From Verrucomicrobiia bacterium (lineage in GTDB: Bacteria > Verrucomicrobiota > Verrucomicrobiia > Limisphaerales > UBA1100), in the NCBI GenBank assembly GCA_014239365.1, contig JAAZZB010000049.1, forward strand, positions 32,641 to 96,640: DNA of 64,000 bases, given 5' to 3'. The notes beneath the pieces are model-generated. The model was given only the letters and a program-made list of their open reading frames with translations. It did no database searches and had not been told where the DNA came from. Positions 17,293-27,120 of the stretch are shown here, in pieces; position 1 is the stretch's first letter; every line of letters starts with the position of its first letter. Made by a program: the position numbers and the translations under genes.

Positions 17293-20007
17293 TTAGAATC
17301 GGGTGGTGTACCCAAAATTCACATTGATGTTGCCGCCGCTGCCGTTGTAGCCATCGTTGGTGATGGGGAAGGCATAGTCGAGGCGCAGTGGGCCGAGGAA
17401 TGGAATTTGCAAACGAAGGCCGATGCCCCAGTCATCGTTGTAATTGCCAAAGTCAAAATCATACGCGCCCTTGTTCACCGAGCCGATGTCGTAAAATGTC
17501 GCCACCCGAAGGATTTCCCACGGAGTGGGCACGCTATATTCGATTGAAGCGTGGGCCATTGTTTCGCCTCGGAGATAATCGTTTTGGTCGCCGCGCGGGC
17601 CTACTTCATTGAAGTCGAAGCCGCGCAGATTGCGTGAGCCGCCGAGGTGATGGCGGTATAAGTAAGGCACTTTTTTGCCGCTTTCAAAGCTATCGACCAC
17701 GGCGTTCTGCGCGCGTAATTCGAGGACGTGCCCTTCGCGCAGGCCTTTGAAATACCAGGAGCTTTTGAGGTGGTAGCCGTAAAATGGCTTATCGCTGCCG
17801 ATCACGCTGGGAGAAATCAGGAGGTCGAAGGAGGTGATTTGGCCGTGCGTGGGAAGGTCGCCGCCGCCGCGGGTATCGTAAGCGAGACGACCCCCCAACA
17901 GTCCAACAAAGTCAGTCCCGGCTTCATTTTTCAATTCAGTGGAGGTCGTGGTTTTCATATCGGTGAGGCCGACTTCTTCCAGCGTGAAATAAATTTTGCC
18001 GCGCAAAAAGTCGTTGCCCAACAGGGTGCGTTCCAGCCCAACGGTGAAGCCGGTTTGATCCACATCAAACTTGGTACTGTAATAGGACATTTCCTCGATA
18101 TAGAAGGAAGTGGTCAGCTTCAGCTTCCGATCGAGCAGCCACGGCTCTTCGAAGTCCAAACGGTAATTATCGTACTTACCCCCGGCCACAGCTTTGAGGC
18201 GGATTTTTTGGCCGGCGCCTTGCAGGAGATGGGGGCGACGCCAGCGTTTGATGTCAAAATTTTCCTGCCCCATCACCACGTTTGCGAATGCGCCCGAATC
18301 GGTGCTGAACCCGCCGCCGACCATAAAGGTGCCGGTGTTCTTTTCGCGCACGGCGACTACGAGATCGTCGTTGAGCGTCTCGCCCGGGTTTGCGCCCTGA
18401 CGGGCATCGGGGCCGCGCCGGGCAAACGCACGCACGCTTTCGAAGATGCGCATCCCTTCGATGCGCCGGCGGCTGCGTTCCACACGGCCCATATCAAAAC
18501 GCTCGCCCGAGGCAATGGCGAGCTCACGGCGGATGACGAAGTCTTTGGTTTTTTCGTTGCCCTCGATTTGCACCAGATCGAGGTTAAACGGATTGCCTTC
18601 GAAGATTCGGAAGACGAGATTGATTTTATCGGTGCCGGTCACCGGCTTGCGAACCACGCGCAGCACACGGGCGTTGATGTGCGATTTGCGGCCGTAATAA
18701 TTTTGGATAGCGCGCAAATCAGATTTTGGGCCGCCGCGGAGCAGCCGTTCCGGGGCGTAAATTTCGCCTTCGCGCATTTGGATGAGCGACATCAGCGTGA
18801 GCTTGGGGATCACTGGTTTGAAATCCGGATTGGCTTTACCTTCGAGATCGGCATCGAGCCGCGTGGTTTCGCCATCGCGAACATTTTGCCAGTAGTACTC
18901 GAAATCCACCGTGCCCACGTGATACAGGCGGCCCTCGGTAATCTTGAAAGTGAGGTCCACGTACGAGGCGTCATCGAGGAAATCTTCCAGTTCATCCTCG
19001 GCATCTTCCACCACGTCTTCCTGATCGTCCACTTGGTCTTCCAACAAATCCAGGCGGTCTTCATCGGCGGCATCGCCTTTATCTTCTTCATCAGCCAGGG
19101 AAGTTTCCAAAACCTCCAAATCGGCGCGCGCTTTGTTGAGGGTATTTACGCGTTGCTGATAAGCATCGCCGGTGAGCACGGCGTCGGCGGTGTGAACCAC
19201 TTCCGCCTTGGCATCGAGATAACCGCGATTGCGATAATAGGTTTCGAGGCGCTCGATGTCCGCCTGTAATTCCAACGGACGAATGCGGCCGTCGTTGGTG
19301 AACCAACTGATGGGATTGTACCAACGCCGCCGCTCGCGGGCTTTCACGTAATCCATCAGATCATCGGTATCAAAATTTTCATTGCCTTCGAAACGCATCG
19401 TTTCAATTTGAAACTGCTCGCCTTCGGTGATGAGGTATTTCACGTTGCCCGTCATCTTGCCATCCACCATACCCACCTCGCTGGTTACGCTGACCCGATA
19501 ATATCCTTTATCCTCATAATGTTCCCGCAACGCTTTGGCATCGGCTTGGCGTTGGATGTCGCTGTAGCGAATGCCCCGGCGAAGGGTGATTTTTTTTAGC
19601 AGATCTTTTTCTTTAACCTGCAATGACGCCGCCGTGAGGGTGGTGCCATCGGGCCTACGCAACAGCAAATCCACCGCGGACACTTTGGGATAAACCACGG
19701 CGATAAATTCGAGCGTGAGTTTGCCTTCTTCCTGCGATGCCTCCACGCGCACATCATAGAACCGACCGGTTTTCATCAACGCGTGCACGTCGGGATTGGT
19801 CATCCCGGGGCGAAATTCATCACCGGGGCGAATTCGGATGTGATTGCGCACATACGCTTCGGTGATATCAGGATCGCCACTGCCGAAGCTTGTCAGCGTA
19901 ACTTTGATTTCGCCCACCTTGGGAGGGCCGGCAGCCGGCTGGGCAATGAGCAGGGGCGTGGCCAACAGCAGGGCCAGAGCGGTGGTCTTCAAAATGTTAG
20001 TCTTCAT
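17293..20007 (-). CDS. bamA: outer membrane protein assembly factor BamA
   Basis: Start chosen at MKTNILKTTALALLL. It has POTRA-like repeats and a C-terminal beta-barrel ending NINVNFGYTTRF (terminal aromatic). An acidic insert reads LADEEDKGDAADEDRLDLLEDQVDDQEDVVEDAEDELEDFLDD. Confidence 0.85.
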   Translation of the reverse strand: MKTNILKTTALALLLATPLLIAQPAAGPPKVGEIKVTLTSFGSGDPDITEAYVRNHIRIRPGDEFRPGMTNPDVHALMKTGRFYDVRVEASQEEGKLTLEFIAVVYPKVSAVDLLLRRPDGTTLTAASLQVKEKDLLKKITLRRGIRYSDIQRQADAKALREHYEDKGYYRVSVTSEVGMVDGKMTGNVKYLITEGEQFQIETMRFEGNENFDTDDLMDYVKARERRRWYNPISWFTNDGRIRPLELQADIERLETYYRNRGYLDAKAEVVHTADAVLTGDAYQQRVNTLNKARADLEVLETSLADEEDKGDAADEDRLDLLEDQVDDQEDVVEDAEDELEDFLDDASYVDLTFKITEGRLYHVGTVDFEYYWQNVRDGETTRLDADLEGKANPDFKPVIPKLTLMSLIQMREGEIYAPERLLRGGPKSDLRAIQNYYGRKSHINARVLRVVRKPVTGTDKINLVFRIFEGNPFNLDLVQIEGNEKTKDFVIRRELAIASGERFDMGRVERSRRRIEGMRIFESVRAFARRGPDARQGANPGETLNDDLVVAVREKNTGTFMVGGGFSTDSGAFANVVMGQENFDIKRWRRPHLLQGAGQKIRLKAVAGGKYDNYRLDFEEPWLLDRKLKLTTSFYIEEMSYYSTKFDVDQTGFTVGLERTLLGNDFLRGKIYFTLEEVGLTDMKTTTSTELKNEAGTDFVGLLGGRLAYDTRGGGDLPTHGQITSFDLLISPSVIGSDKPFYGYHLKSSWYFKGLREGHVLELRAQNAVVDSFESGKKVPYLYRHHLGGSRNLRGFDFNEVGPRGDQNDYLRGETMAHASIEYSVPTPWEILRVATFYDIGSVNKGAYDFDFGNYNDDWGIGLRLQIPFLGPLRLDYAFPITNDGYNGSGGNINVNFGYTTRF

Positions 20008-21538
20008 GCGGCACATCGTTGTCACTAATTCCCGCGGCGGGCTCAAAGCGCGTGTAGGGCTTGAGGAACGTGAAGGGCACGTCCCCGGTGGGTCCGTTGC
20101 GTTGCTTGGCGATTAATAAGTTTACTGGCAACCCTTCGCTTTCATCCCCGCCTTCGGCGTCCTCGTCCTGCGCGACTTTGTAAAGCAGTCCCACCAAGTC
20201 GGCGTCCTGCTCGATCGCACCGGATTCACGGAGATCCGACAAGCGCGGCTTGCGGTTTTTATCCCGCTCCATTTCACGGTTCAACTGGCAAAGCACAATC
20301 ACCGGCACCTTCAATTCTTTGGCCAACGCCTTGATGCCGCTGGAGATTTCCGAAACCTCCTGTTGCCGATTGTCCATCGCCCGTCGCGAAGTAGAGTGAA
20401 GCAGCTGGAGATAGTCAATGACAATGAGTTTTATGCCATGCTGCGTGTGCATGCGGCGGGCCTTGGCGCGCAGCTGCAGGATGGAGAGGCCGGGGGTGTC
20501 GTCGATGTACAGCGGTGCGTTGTGGAGTTTACCGGCCGCGGCGTTGATGCGCGGAAAGTCGCGGTCATTCATTTTCCCTTCGCGCAGTTTGCTGGAATTT
20601 AAGCGGGCGTTGGAGAAAATCATTCGGGTGACCAATGCCTCAGCGGTCATTTCCAGGCTAAACACCCCCACGGGAATTTTTTCGTCCAGTGTGATGTTCT
20701 CCACAATGTTCATCGCCAAACTGGTTTTACCCATCGAAGGCCGTGCGGCGATCACGATCATCTCGCCGGCGTGCATGCCATCGGTCAACCGATCAAGCAC
20801 TTTGTAGCCGGAAGGCACCCCGGAAATTTTCCCCTTACGCTCGTGATATTCTTCGATGCGATCGATGGCGGCGTGCACGAGTTTTTTCATGTCCGTGCTG
20901 ACGTCGCCGGCACGTTCGTCGTTGATGCCGTGGATGCGGGTTTCCACCTCATCGAGCAGGCGATTCACTTCGCCCTCGTGCTCGTAGGCTTGGGTGACGA
21001 TCTCGGTGCAAGTGCGCACGGTTTTGCGCAGTAGATATTTATCCCAAACAATGTTGAAATAATATTCAAGATTGGCCGCCGAAGGCACGCTGTCCATCAG
21101 CGTGTTGAGGTACGCCACGCCGCCGACCGCTTCGAGCTGTTTGCGATCGGAGAGGAATTGCTTCACGGTGATGATATCCACCGCCTGCCGCGACTCCACA
21201 ATATCGATCATCGACTCAAAAAGCAGCTGATGTTTCAGCTCATAAAAAAACGTGTCGCCCGGCGGACGGCGTTTGCCGCGCGGGCCTTTATCGGAGGGAG
21301 GATCACTGAGCTGTCGCGGCTCGCGAATGCGTTCGAGGCAGAAGTCTAATCCGGAGGCGGCATCGAGCATCAAGCAACCGAGGATGCCCTGCTCCGCCTC
21401 GATGGAATGCGGCGGCGTGCGGCCCGCGGGCGTGGATTTGGCTTCAGGAGAATTGGGGGCGCGGCGCGGCGCGTTCACCAAATCCTCCATCGGCGGTTCC
21501 GGAATGGGCCCTTCGGGCGTGTCAATCATGCGCGCCAA
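19997..21538 (-). CDS. dnaB: replicative DNA helicase DnaB
   Basis: 513 aa. Walker A ARPSMGKTSLAMN, then IVIDYLQLL and a RecA-like C-terminal domain. It has an N-terminal extension of about 45 aa and a basic insert (KGPRGKRRPPGD). Confidence 0.9.
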   Translation of the reverse strand: MARMIDTPEGPIPEPPMEDLVNAPRRAPNSPEAKSTPAGRTPPHSIEAEQGILGCLMLDAASGLDFCLERIREPRQLSDPPSDKGPRGKRRPPGDTFFYELKHQLLFESMIDIVESRQAVDIITVKQFLSDRKQLEAVGGVAYLNTLMDSVPSAANLEYYFNIVWDKYLLRKTVRTCTEIVTQAYEHEGEVNRLLDEVETRIHGINDERAGDVSTDMKKLVHAAIDRIEEYHERKGKISGVPSGYKVLDRLTDGMHAGEMIVIAARPSMGKTSLAMNIVENITLDEKIPVGVFSLEMTAEALVTRMIFSNARLNSSKLREGKMNDRDFPRINAAAGKLHNAPLYIDDTPGLSILQLRAKARRMHTQHGIKLIVIDYLQLLHSTSRRAMDNRQQEVSEISSGIKALAKELKVPVIVLCQLNREMERDKNRKPRLSDLRESGAIEQDADLVGLLYKVAQDEDAEGGDESEGLPVNLLIAKQRNGPTGDVPFTFLKPYTRFEPAAGISDNDVPHED

Positions 21539-21616
21539 GGAAACACGATTGCTCCCTGCAAAGGCAACGCGAAGTTGCTGGCGTTACACCCCTGCTTGTT
21601 CACAGCGGGCTGGGCA

Positions 21617-21650
21617 TAAAAAATCCGCCCCGGTTTGATGCGGGACGGCG
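21617..21650 (-). terminator. rho-independent terminator after rplI
   Basis: The minus strand reads CCGTCCCGCATCAAACCGGGGCGGATTTTTTAT, an 8-bp stem (one G-T pair) followed by a T-run. It lies about 17 nt downstream of the rplI stop. Confidence 0.55.
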
Positions 21651-21666
21651 ATGGAAAAATATCCGA

Positions 21667-22206
21667 TTATTCGGCGGCTTTTTCCGCAGCCGCTTTTTTG
21701 GCGGCTTCTTCGTCAGCCACGGACTGCGGGGTGGGCAGCGGATTTTCGCTTTCCACGAACACTTTCAGTTCGCCTTCCAAATCGGTGTGCAGCTTGAGCT
21801 TCACATCAAACTCGCCCAGCTCGCGCAGAGGTTTGGCGAGCGCCACTTTTTTGCGGTCCAGCTCGAGATCAAACTGATTGTGCAATTCATCACAAATGGT
21901 GCCGGCGGTAACGGAGCCGAACATTTTGCCGCCTTCGCCAGTCTTCACTTTCACGTGCAAACGCAGGCTCTTGAGGCTGTCGCGCAGTTCCTCCATATGC
22001 TGGCGCTCGGTGGCTTCGCGCTCGGCGCGGCGGGATTGCAGCGATTCGATGTACCGCTGGTTGCCGGCAGATGCGGGGATCGCCTTGCCGTGCGGCAACA
22101 GAAAATTACGCGCGTAGCCGGGCTTCACCTTCACCACATCGCCCTCGGCGGCACGCAGACTCACCACGTTTTCGGTGAGGATGATTTCGATTTCTTTTTT
22201 GGACAT
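21667..22206 (-). CDS. rplI: 50S ribosomal protein L9
   Basis: N-terminus KKEIEIILTENVVSLRAAEGDVVKVKPGYARNFLLPHGKA is the conserved L9 N-domain. It has a C-terminal alanine/lysine-rich extension. Confidence 0.9.
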   Translation of the reverse strand: MSKKEIEIILTENVVSLRAAEGDVVKVKPGYARNFLLPHGKAIPASAGNQRYIESLQSRRAEREATERQHMEELRDSLKSLRLHVKVKTGEGGKMFGSVTAGTICDELHNQFDLELDRKKVALAKPLRELGEFDVKLKLHTDLEGELKVFVESENPLPTPQSVADEEAAKKAAAEKAAE

Positions 22207-22235
22207 AATCTTTTCGGTTTAAAAATGGTTAAACA

Positions 22236-22676
22236 TTAAAACGGCACATCGTCGTCTTCAGGCAAACTTGCCGCGGGTGCACTGGAAGCGCCGGAAGCCG
22301 CCGGAGCGTTGCTTTGGGCTTGGCCGCCACCACCGCCGCCGCCGCCGGAATCGAGAAATTGAAATCCTTCCAGCGTCACGCCGAGCTTGCTGCGCTTTGC
22401 GCCGGTTTGTTTGTCGTCCCATTGGTCGAGCTTCAAGCGACCTTCAACCATCACCGGACGACCTTTTTTGAGATACTGACCGATGACCTCCGCTTGGCGG
22501 CCGAAAGCATCCACATCCACGAACGTCGTTTCCTCCTGCTTCTGGCCTTCTTTATTCGTCCAGTTACGGTTGACCGCCATCGAGAGCTTGGCGATGGCGG
22601 TTCCGCCGGAGGTGTATTTCACCTCGGGATCGCGGGTGAGGTTGCCCATCAAAATAACTTTGTTGTAATTCGGCAT
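22236..22676 (-). CDS. ssb: single-stranded DNA-binding protein
   Basis: OB-fold N-terminus NKVILMGNLTRDPEVKYTSGGTAIAKLSMAVNR, a Gly-rich linker and an acidic tip EDDDVPF. Confidence 0.9.
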   Translation of the reverse strand: MPNYNKVILMGNLTRDPEVKYTSGGTAIAKLSMAVNRNWTNKEGQKQEETTFVDVDAFGRQAEVIGQYLKKGRPVMVEGRLKLDQWDDKQTGAKRSKLGVTLEGFQFLDSGGGGGGGGQAQSNAPAASGASSAPAASLPEDDDVPF

Positions 22677-22699
22677 AGCGGGAGAAGTTCGGGGTTGGG

Positions 22700-23014
22700 T
22701 TAACTGGCGGCCAGCTCGAGCGTGGCGCCGGTGGAGTGGGTGATTTGGGCGCGGAAAAATTCCGGGCGTTTGTCCAGTTCCTTGCGCAGCCCTTCAAGAG
22801 CGCCGCCTTCCAACTCGAACTGGAGGTTTACATAAAAGCCGCCTTTATGGCGTTTGTTGGCGATACGGACAAAGCCGCGTCGGCCGATTTTTTGTTCGTT
22901 AGTCACCTTGCCGCCGGCGTCGCTGATGAGGCCGTTGAGCTTGGTGATATGTTCGTCCACACTGTCGGACTGGCCGGTGGTGTCGATAATGAATAATCCG
23001 TCGTAGCGTTTCAC
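22700..23014 (-). CDS. rpsF: 30S ribosomal protein S6
   Basis: 104 aa. MKRYDGLFIID and the length are typical of S6, and it is the first gene of the rpsF-ssb-rplI group. Confidence 0.85.
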   Translation of the reverse strand: MKRYDGLFIIDTTGQSDSVDEHITKLNGLISDAGGKVTNEQKIGRRGFVRIANKRHKGGFYVNLQFELEGGALEGLRKELDKRPEFFRAQITHSTGATLELAAS

Positions 23015-23661
23015 GATTCTGTTTCTTCTTTCTTGTCGCTGTTGTTGTCGTCTTTTACGTCTGCCTTGGGAGGAAACACCTTCCCGTTAAATTCATTCAT
23101 TGCCCGCGACGGCCCGTGGGCCAGCCAGCAATCCACTTGTGCGGCCACTTTTTCCAGCACCGGTTTCAGTGCTTCCGCTTCGCTTTCGCCAAACTTGCCC
23201 AACACGTGGCTGGCCAGTTCCTGCCGGTCATCGGCGGGTCGTCCCACGCCGATGCGCAGGCGCGGATAGTCCGGCGTGGCCAAGTGCTGCTCAATCGAGC
23301 GCAGCCCGTTGTGGCCTCCGGCGCTGCCGCCTTTGCGCAGCCGGATTTCGCCAAACTCAATGTTGGCATCATCCACAATCGCCAGCACGCGGATGGCTTC
23401 GTCGATTTTAAAAAAATCGCAAATCGCTCCCACTGCCTCGCCGCTGAGGTTCATAAACGTCAACGGCTCGCACAGTAGCACGGTGCGCCCGGCCACTTCC
23501 GCCCGGGCCAGCCGCGCGGAAAATTTTTTCTCTTCGTCGGTCCATCCGGCACCCCATTGGGCGGCCAAATGTTCCACCGCTTGGAAGCCGGCGTTGTGGC
23601 GCGTGCGTTCGTACTTCGCGCCCGGATTGCCGAGCCCCACGATGAGGTGTGCTGCCTCCAT
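23011..23661 (-). CDS. pth: peptidyl-tRNA hydrolase
   Basis: LIVGLGNPGAKYERTRHNAGF and GGHNGLRSI are the Pth signature regions. It has a C-terminal K/D/E-rich tail. Confidence 0.9.
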   Translation of the reverse strand: MEAAHLIVGLGNPGAKYERTRHNAGFQAVEHLAAQWGAGWTDEEKKFSARLARAEVAGRTVLLCEPLTFMNLSGEAVGAICDFFKIDEAIRVLAIVDDANIEFGEIRLRKGGSAGGHNGLRSIEQHLATPDYPRLRIGVGRPADDRQELASHVLGKFGESEAEALKPVLEKVAAQVDCWLAHGPSRAMNEFNGKVFPPKADVKDDNNSDKKEETES

Positions 23662-23688
23662 TGGCGTAGGCGCACCGCTCGCGGCGGG

Positions 23689-24360
23689 TTACTTTTTGTC
23701 GCCCCCGCCTTCCTCGGGTTTGGCTTCGCCTTCGGCCGCTTCGCCCTCTTCGCCTTCGGCGCCTTCTTCGCCTTCGCCTTCTTCGGGAGTGACTTCCACT
23801 TCCACGCGCGGACGCGATACGGAGAAGACCGGGTTGCCGGCGTTTTCCAAAAATTCAACGCCCTCGGGCTTTTCAATGTCGCTGATGTGCAGGGTGTGGC
23901 CAATGTCCAGCTCGGTGATATCCACCTCAATCATTTCGGGCAAAGCATCGGGGGTGCCGCTCACGTGCACTTGACGCATCACGTGCTCCAAGTTGCCGCC
24001 GCTGACTTTCACGCCAACCGCTTCGCCAACGGGCACGACCGGCACGGTGACGTGCACTTGCTGGTCCTTGCGCACTTCGCGGAAATCCACGTGCAACGGC
24101 TGACGGCTCAGCGGGTGGTGCTGCACTTCCTGAATCAATGCCAACCGGCTGTTGCCGTCGAGGTTGAGATCCACCAAAACCGCCGTGGCGGAGGTGGAAG
24201 CCATCATCCGCTGGAAAGTTTTCTTGTCCAATTCCAGTTGTTCCGCGCCGTTGCCGCTGCCATAAATGACGGCAGGCAAGCTGCCGGTATGCCGGAGGGC
24301 TCTGACTTGGTTGCGTTTCTTTGCGGTGCGCGCGTTGGCGGCTAGTTCAATTGCTTTCAT
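23689..24360 (-). CDS. rplY: 50S ribosomal protein L25/general stress protein Ctc
   Basis: N-terminus LAANARTAKKRNQVRALRHTGSLPAVIYG is the L25 fold. The long Ctc-type C-domain carries an E/G-rich tail. It sits between prs and pth, as is usual. Confidence 0.85.
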   Translation of the reverse strand: MKAIELAANARTAKKRNQVRALRHTGSLPAVIYGSGNGAEQLELDKKTFQRMMASTSATAVLVDLNLDGNSRLALIQEVQHHPLSRQPLHVDFREVRKDQQVHVTVPVVPVGEAVGVKVSGGNLEHVMRQVHVSGTPDALPEMIEVDITELDIGHTLHISDIEKPEGVEFLENAGNPVFSVSRPRVEVEVTPEEGEGEEGAEGEEGEAAEGEAKPEEGGGDKK

Positions 24361-24368
24361 CGTCTAAA

Positions 24369-25316
24369 TTATCCTATCCTCACTCCATCAAATTCAAACA
24401 GCGAGGTGACCGATGAATTCGTGTGAATCCGTTTAATCGCCTCGCCGAGCAAGCCGGCCACCGACAAAGTGGTCAGCTTTAAGCCCTTGATTTCGGGGCG
24501 GGGAACAGTATCAGTCGAGATAAGTTCGTCAATGTTTGATTTTCGCATTCTTTTTGCGCCCAAATCATTCAAAACACAGTGGGAAACCGCCGCAATAATC
24601 TTTTTCGCCCCACGCCGCCGCAGTAAGCGCGCCGCCGAAACCAGCGTTCCAGCCGTTTCTGTGAGGTCATCCACCAGTAAAACGGTCTTCCCGCGCACTT
24701 TGCCGATGACCGAAACGGTCTCGGTTTCCGTATCCGAAACCCGCCGCTTGGCCACGATCGCGAGGCTCGCGTGCAGCATTTGCGAGTACGCGTGGGCCAT
24801 TTTGATGCCGCCGGTGTCCGGACTCACCACCGCCAGTTCATCGCCCAAATCGAGGGTTTTGAGGTATTCAAAAATCACCGGCGCCGCATACAAATGATCC
24901 ACCGGAATATCGAAAAATCCTTGAATCTGCTGCGCGTGCAAATCGCACGTGAGCACGCGGTTCACGCCCGAAGCCACCAACAAGTTCGCCACCAACTTCG
25001 CGCTAATGGGCACACGCGGTTGATCTTTGCGATCCTGCCGCGCATAGCCATAAAAGGGCAGCACGGCGGTAATGCGATTGGCACTCGCCCGACGAAGCGC
25101 ATCAATCATAATGAACAGCTCCATCAAATTTTGGTTCGCCGGCGGGCACGTGCTTTGGATGACATACGCATCCTCGCCCCGCACATTTTCCTCAATCTTC
25201 ACGAACGTCTCGCCATTGGGGAAATCGCGGATGATTGCCTTGCCGATTGGCATATTGATGCTGTCCGCAATCGCCTCGGCGAGTGGACGGTTGGATCTGC
25301 CGGAAAATATTTTCAC
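24369..25316 (-). CDS. prs: ribose-phosphate pyrophosphokinase
   Basis: Start chosen at GTG (VKIFSGRSNRPLAEAIA). YARQDRK and the PRPP-binding loop LLVDDLTETAGT are present. The tracked ORF extends 20 codons further upstream with no Prs-like sequence. Confidence 0.85.
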   Translation of the reverse strand: MKIFSGRSNRPLAEAIADSINMPIGKAIIRDFPNGETFVKIEENVRGEDAYVIQSTCPPANQNLMELFIMIDALRRASANRITAVLPFYGYARQDRKDQPRVPISAKLVANLLVASGVNRVLTCDLHAQQIQGFFDIPVDHLYAAPVIFEYLKTLDLGDELAVVSPDTGGIKMAHAYSQMLHASLAIVAKRRVSDTETETVSVIGKVRGKTVLLVDDLTETAGTLVSAARLLRRRGAKKIIAAVSHCVLNDLGAKRMRKSNIDELISTDTVPRPEIKGLKLTTLSVAGLLGEAIKRIHTNSSVTSLFEFDGVRIG

Positions 25317-25427
25317 TGTATTATATAGGGAACTGCGCTTATGCCAAAAGAGTGCGCCCGTATCTACCCACCCCACCCCTGCGCGGCGAGCAAAAAAACA
25401 AGATGACAGAAAAAAATTAGGTTGAAC

Positions 25428-25952
25428 TCAAACCGAAGGCAAATCCTGCTTCGCCTCGCCATCGGCCGTCTGCTGCGCGCGGAAGCCTTCGTACGCCTTT
25501 TTGTACTCCGGATACTTGTTCCCGAGAATAGCCGTGGCCAGCAACGCCGCGTTCTTCGCGCCCGGCTTACCGACCGCCAAAGTGCCCACCGGCACGCCGC
25601 CGGGCATTTGCACCATCGAGAGCAATGAATCCATCCCCTCCGTACTCCAAGCCTTCATCGGCACGCCCAGCACCGGCACCGACGTGATCGCCGCCGTCAC
25701 CCCCGCCAAATGCGCCGCGCCACCGGCCGCTGCGATGATGACTTCCATCCCGTTCTCCGTGGAAGCGGTCACCCAACGCTGCAACAACTCCGGCGTCCGA
25801 TGCGCCGAAATCACTTTCGCCTCGAATGGCACCCCAAGGTCTTTGAGTTGCTTCGCACAATTCTCCATCACCGACCAGTCAGAATGACTGCCCATGATGA
25901 CGCCTACCAATGGTTTTGAATGTTTTGAATTCTCGCTCATAAAGCGCGGCAA
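25428..25952 (-). CDS. purE: 5-(carboxyamino)imidazole ribonucleotide mutase
   Basis: VGVIMGSHSDWSVM, SAHRTP and AGGAAHLAGVTAA are PurE class I hallmarks. The start may be the second Met (25940). Confidence 0.9.
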   Translation of the reverse strand: MPRFMSENSKHSKPLVGVIMGSHSDWSVMENCAKQLKDLGVPFEAKVISAHRTPELLQRWVTASTENGMEVIIAAAGGAAHLAGVTAAITSVPVLGVPMKAWSTEGMDSLLSMVQMPGGVPVGTLAVGKPGAKNAALLATAILGNKYPEYKKAYEGFRAQQTADGEAKQDLPSV

Positions 25953-25987
25953 CCTACTCCCTCAACCGGCAACGCTCAACCCTCAAC

Positions 25988-27088
25988 TTATCCACCGACC
26001 CCAATCGTCAACGCCGGCGCCACGGTCTTGATCTGGCCCGCCTGTAAATTGAACAACTGCGTGAGCAACATAAACGTGCTTTTGCTCTCCAAATCATTGT
26101 CCGCGAGGTAAAACCATTTACCGCGATAGGCCACGCTCACAAACGCATTGGCCGGACGCGCGTCGGCGGATTTCACGCGGAAGAGGCCGCCGGTCACTTT
26201 GTTCCAATCAAACGCCGTGCCATCCGCCGCCTTGGTGCGGGTCACCAATCCCGCCTCGTGATGCGCCGCGGGCACTTCAGCGTTGTGCGACAGGTAAAAC
26301 AAAATCCCCATCATCGACCGCGTGCGGACGGCCAATCCGTTTTCCGGCCGATTGAAAAAATTATTCGTCAACCGCAATTCGTTTCCCGCATTGGGCACGC
26401 CCAGCAATGCTTTCAATCGCGTCACCCGCGGCGCCAGTGCGCCCTCCGAACGCACGCGCAGCACCAAACCATTTCCCGCCTGCATCTTTCCGTCCGCATC
26501 CGGCACGCCCGGCGCAGCGCCCAAATCCAGCGCATCCGCCAGCTGCAGCTCGCGCAGGATGCCGACCATTTCCTGAAATTTCTCAAACCGCGGCTCACGC
26601 GATGGCGTCGGCCCCGAGGCGTTGCTCGCGTTGTCCAATCCATTCACGCGCTCCACGCAAATGCTTACCACCCGTTCCACGCTCCAACCGCTTTGCGTAA
26701 GAATCAGCACCGCCTCCAATGGCACCGGCGAAAGGATTTGTTTCAAAAACTGATCACCACGCAACGGCGCGTATGAAATAGTGGGCGTCTCTTTATAAGT
26801 CATCCCCGCCGAAGGCGTGAGCGTGTCGCCGCCGCGCAGGAATTTCACGCTCGCGCTCATTTCGCTTTCCACCGTTTGCTGCGTCGTCACGCTGCTTACC
26901 TCCAGGAAAAACGGGTTGTCGCGATACTTGAGCCGCACGAGGTTCAGCAAAAACTGCTCGTCCAGTGTGCGCGAGATGGCGTGGTTATATTGCGGATGCG
27001 TCGATTGCAGCGTGCGCGGCCCAATCGTTTGGCAGCCCACGGCGGCACACAACACAGTCGCCGCGAAAACGGTTTTTAGATTTTTCAT
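25988..27088 (-). CDS. hypothetical lipoprotein
   Basis: 366 aa with signal and lipobox VLCAAVG/C. I recognise no family. Coding is supported by length, codon style and non-overlap. Confidence 0.5.
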   Translation of the reverse strand: MKNLKTVFAATVLCAAVGCQTIGPRTLQSTHPQYNHAISRTLDEQFLLNLVRLKYRDNPFFLEVSSVTTQQTVESEMSASVKFLRGGDTLTPSAGMTYKETPTISYAPLRGDQFLKQILSPVPLEAVLILTQSGWSVERVVSICVERVNGLDNASNASGPTPSREPRFEKFQEMVGILRELQLADALDLGAAPGVPDADGKMQAGNGLVLRVRSEGALAPRVTRLKALLGVPNAGNELRLTNNFFNRPENGLAVRTRSMMGILFYLSHNAEVPAAHHEAGLVTRTKAADGTAFDWNKVTGGLFRVKSADARPANAFVSVAYRGKWFYLADNDLESKSTFMLLTQLFNLQAGQIKTVAPALTIGVGG

Positions 27089-27120
27089 TGGTTAAAACAA
27101 GTTTGCCGTCCCTGACAAAT

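Noticed and set aside
22207-22235. There is no rpsR (S18) gene between ssb and rplI in the rpsF-ssb-rplI group.
   Set aside because: The 29-nt gap cannot hide a gene. Gene-order variation of this cluster is known, and rpsR may be elsewhere in the genome. This cannot be evaluated from the window.
25317-25376. The upstream 20 codons of the prs ORF (MGWVDTGALFWHKRSSLYNT). Similar leader extensions occur at 7185-7232, 20008-20046, 29817-29861, 51892-51960 and 55888-55995.
   Set aside because: There is no family similarity in the extensions. An internal start restores canonical N-termini and removes overlaps with neighbours. They are kept only as alternative start possibilities.
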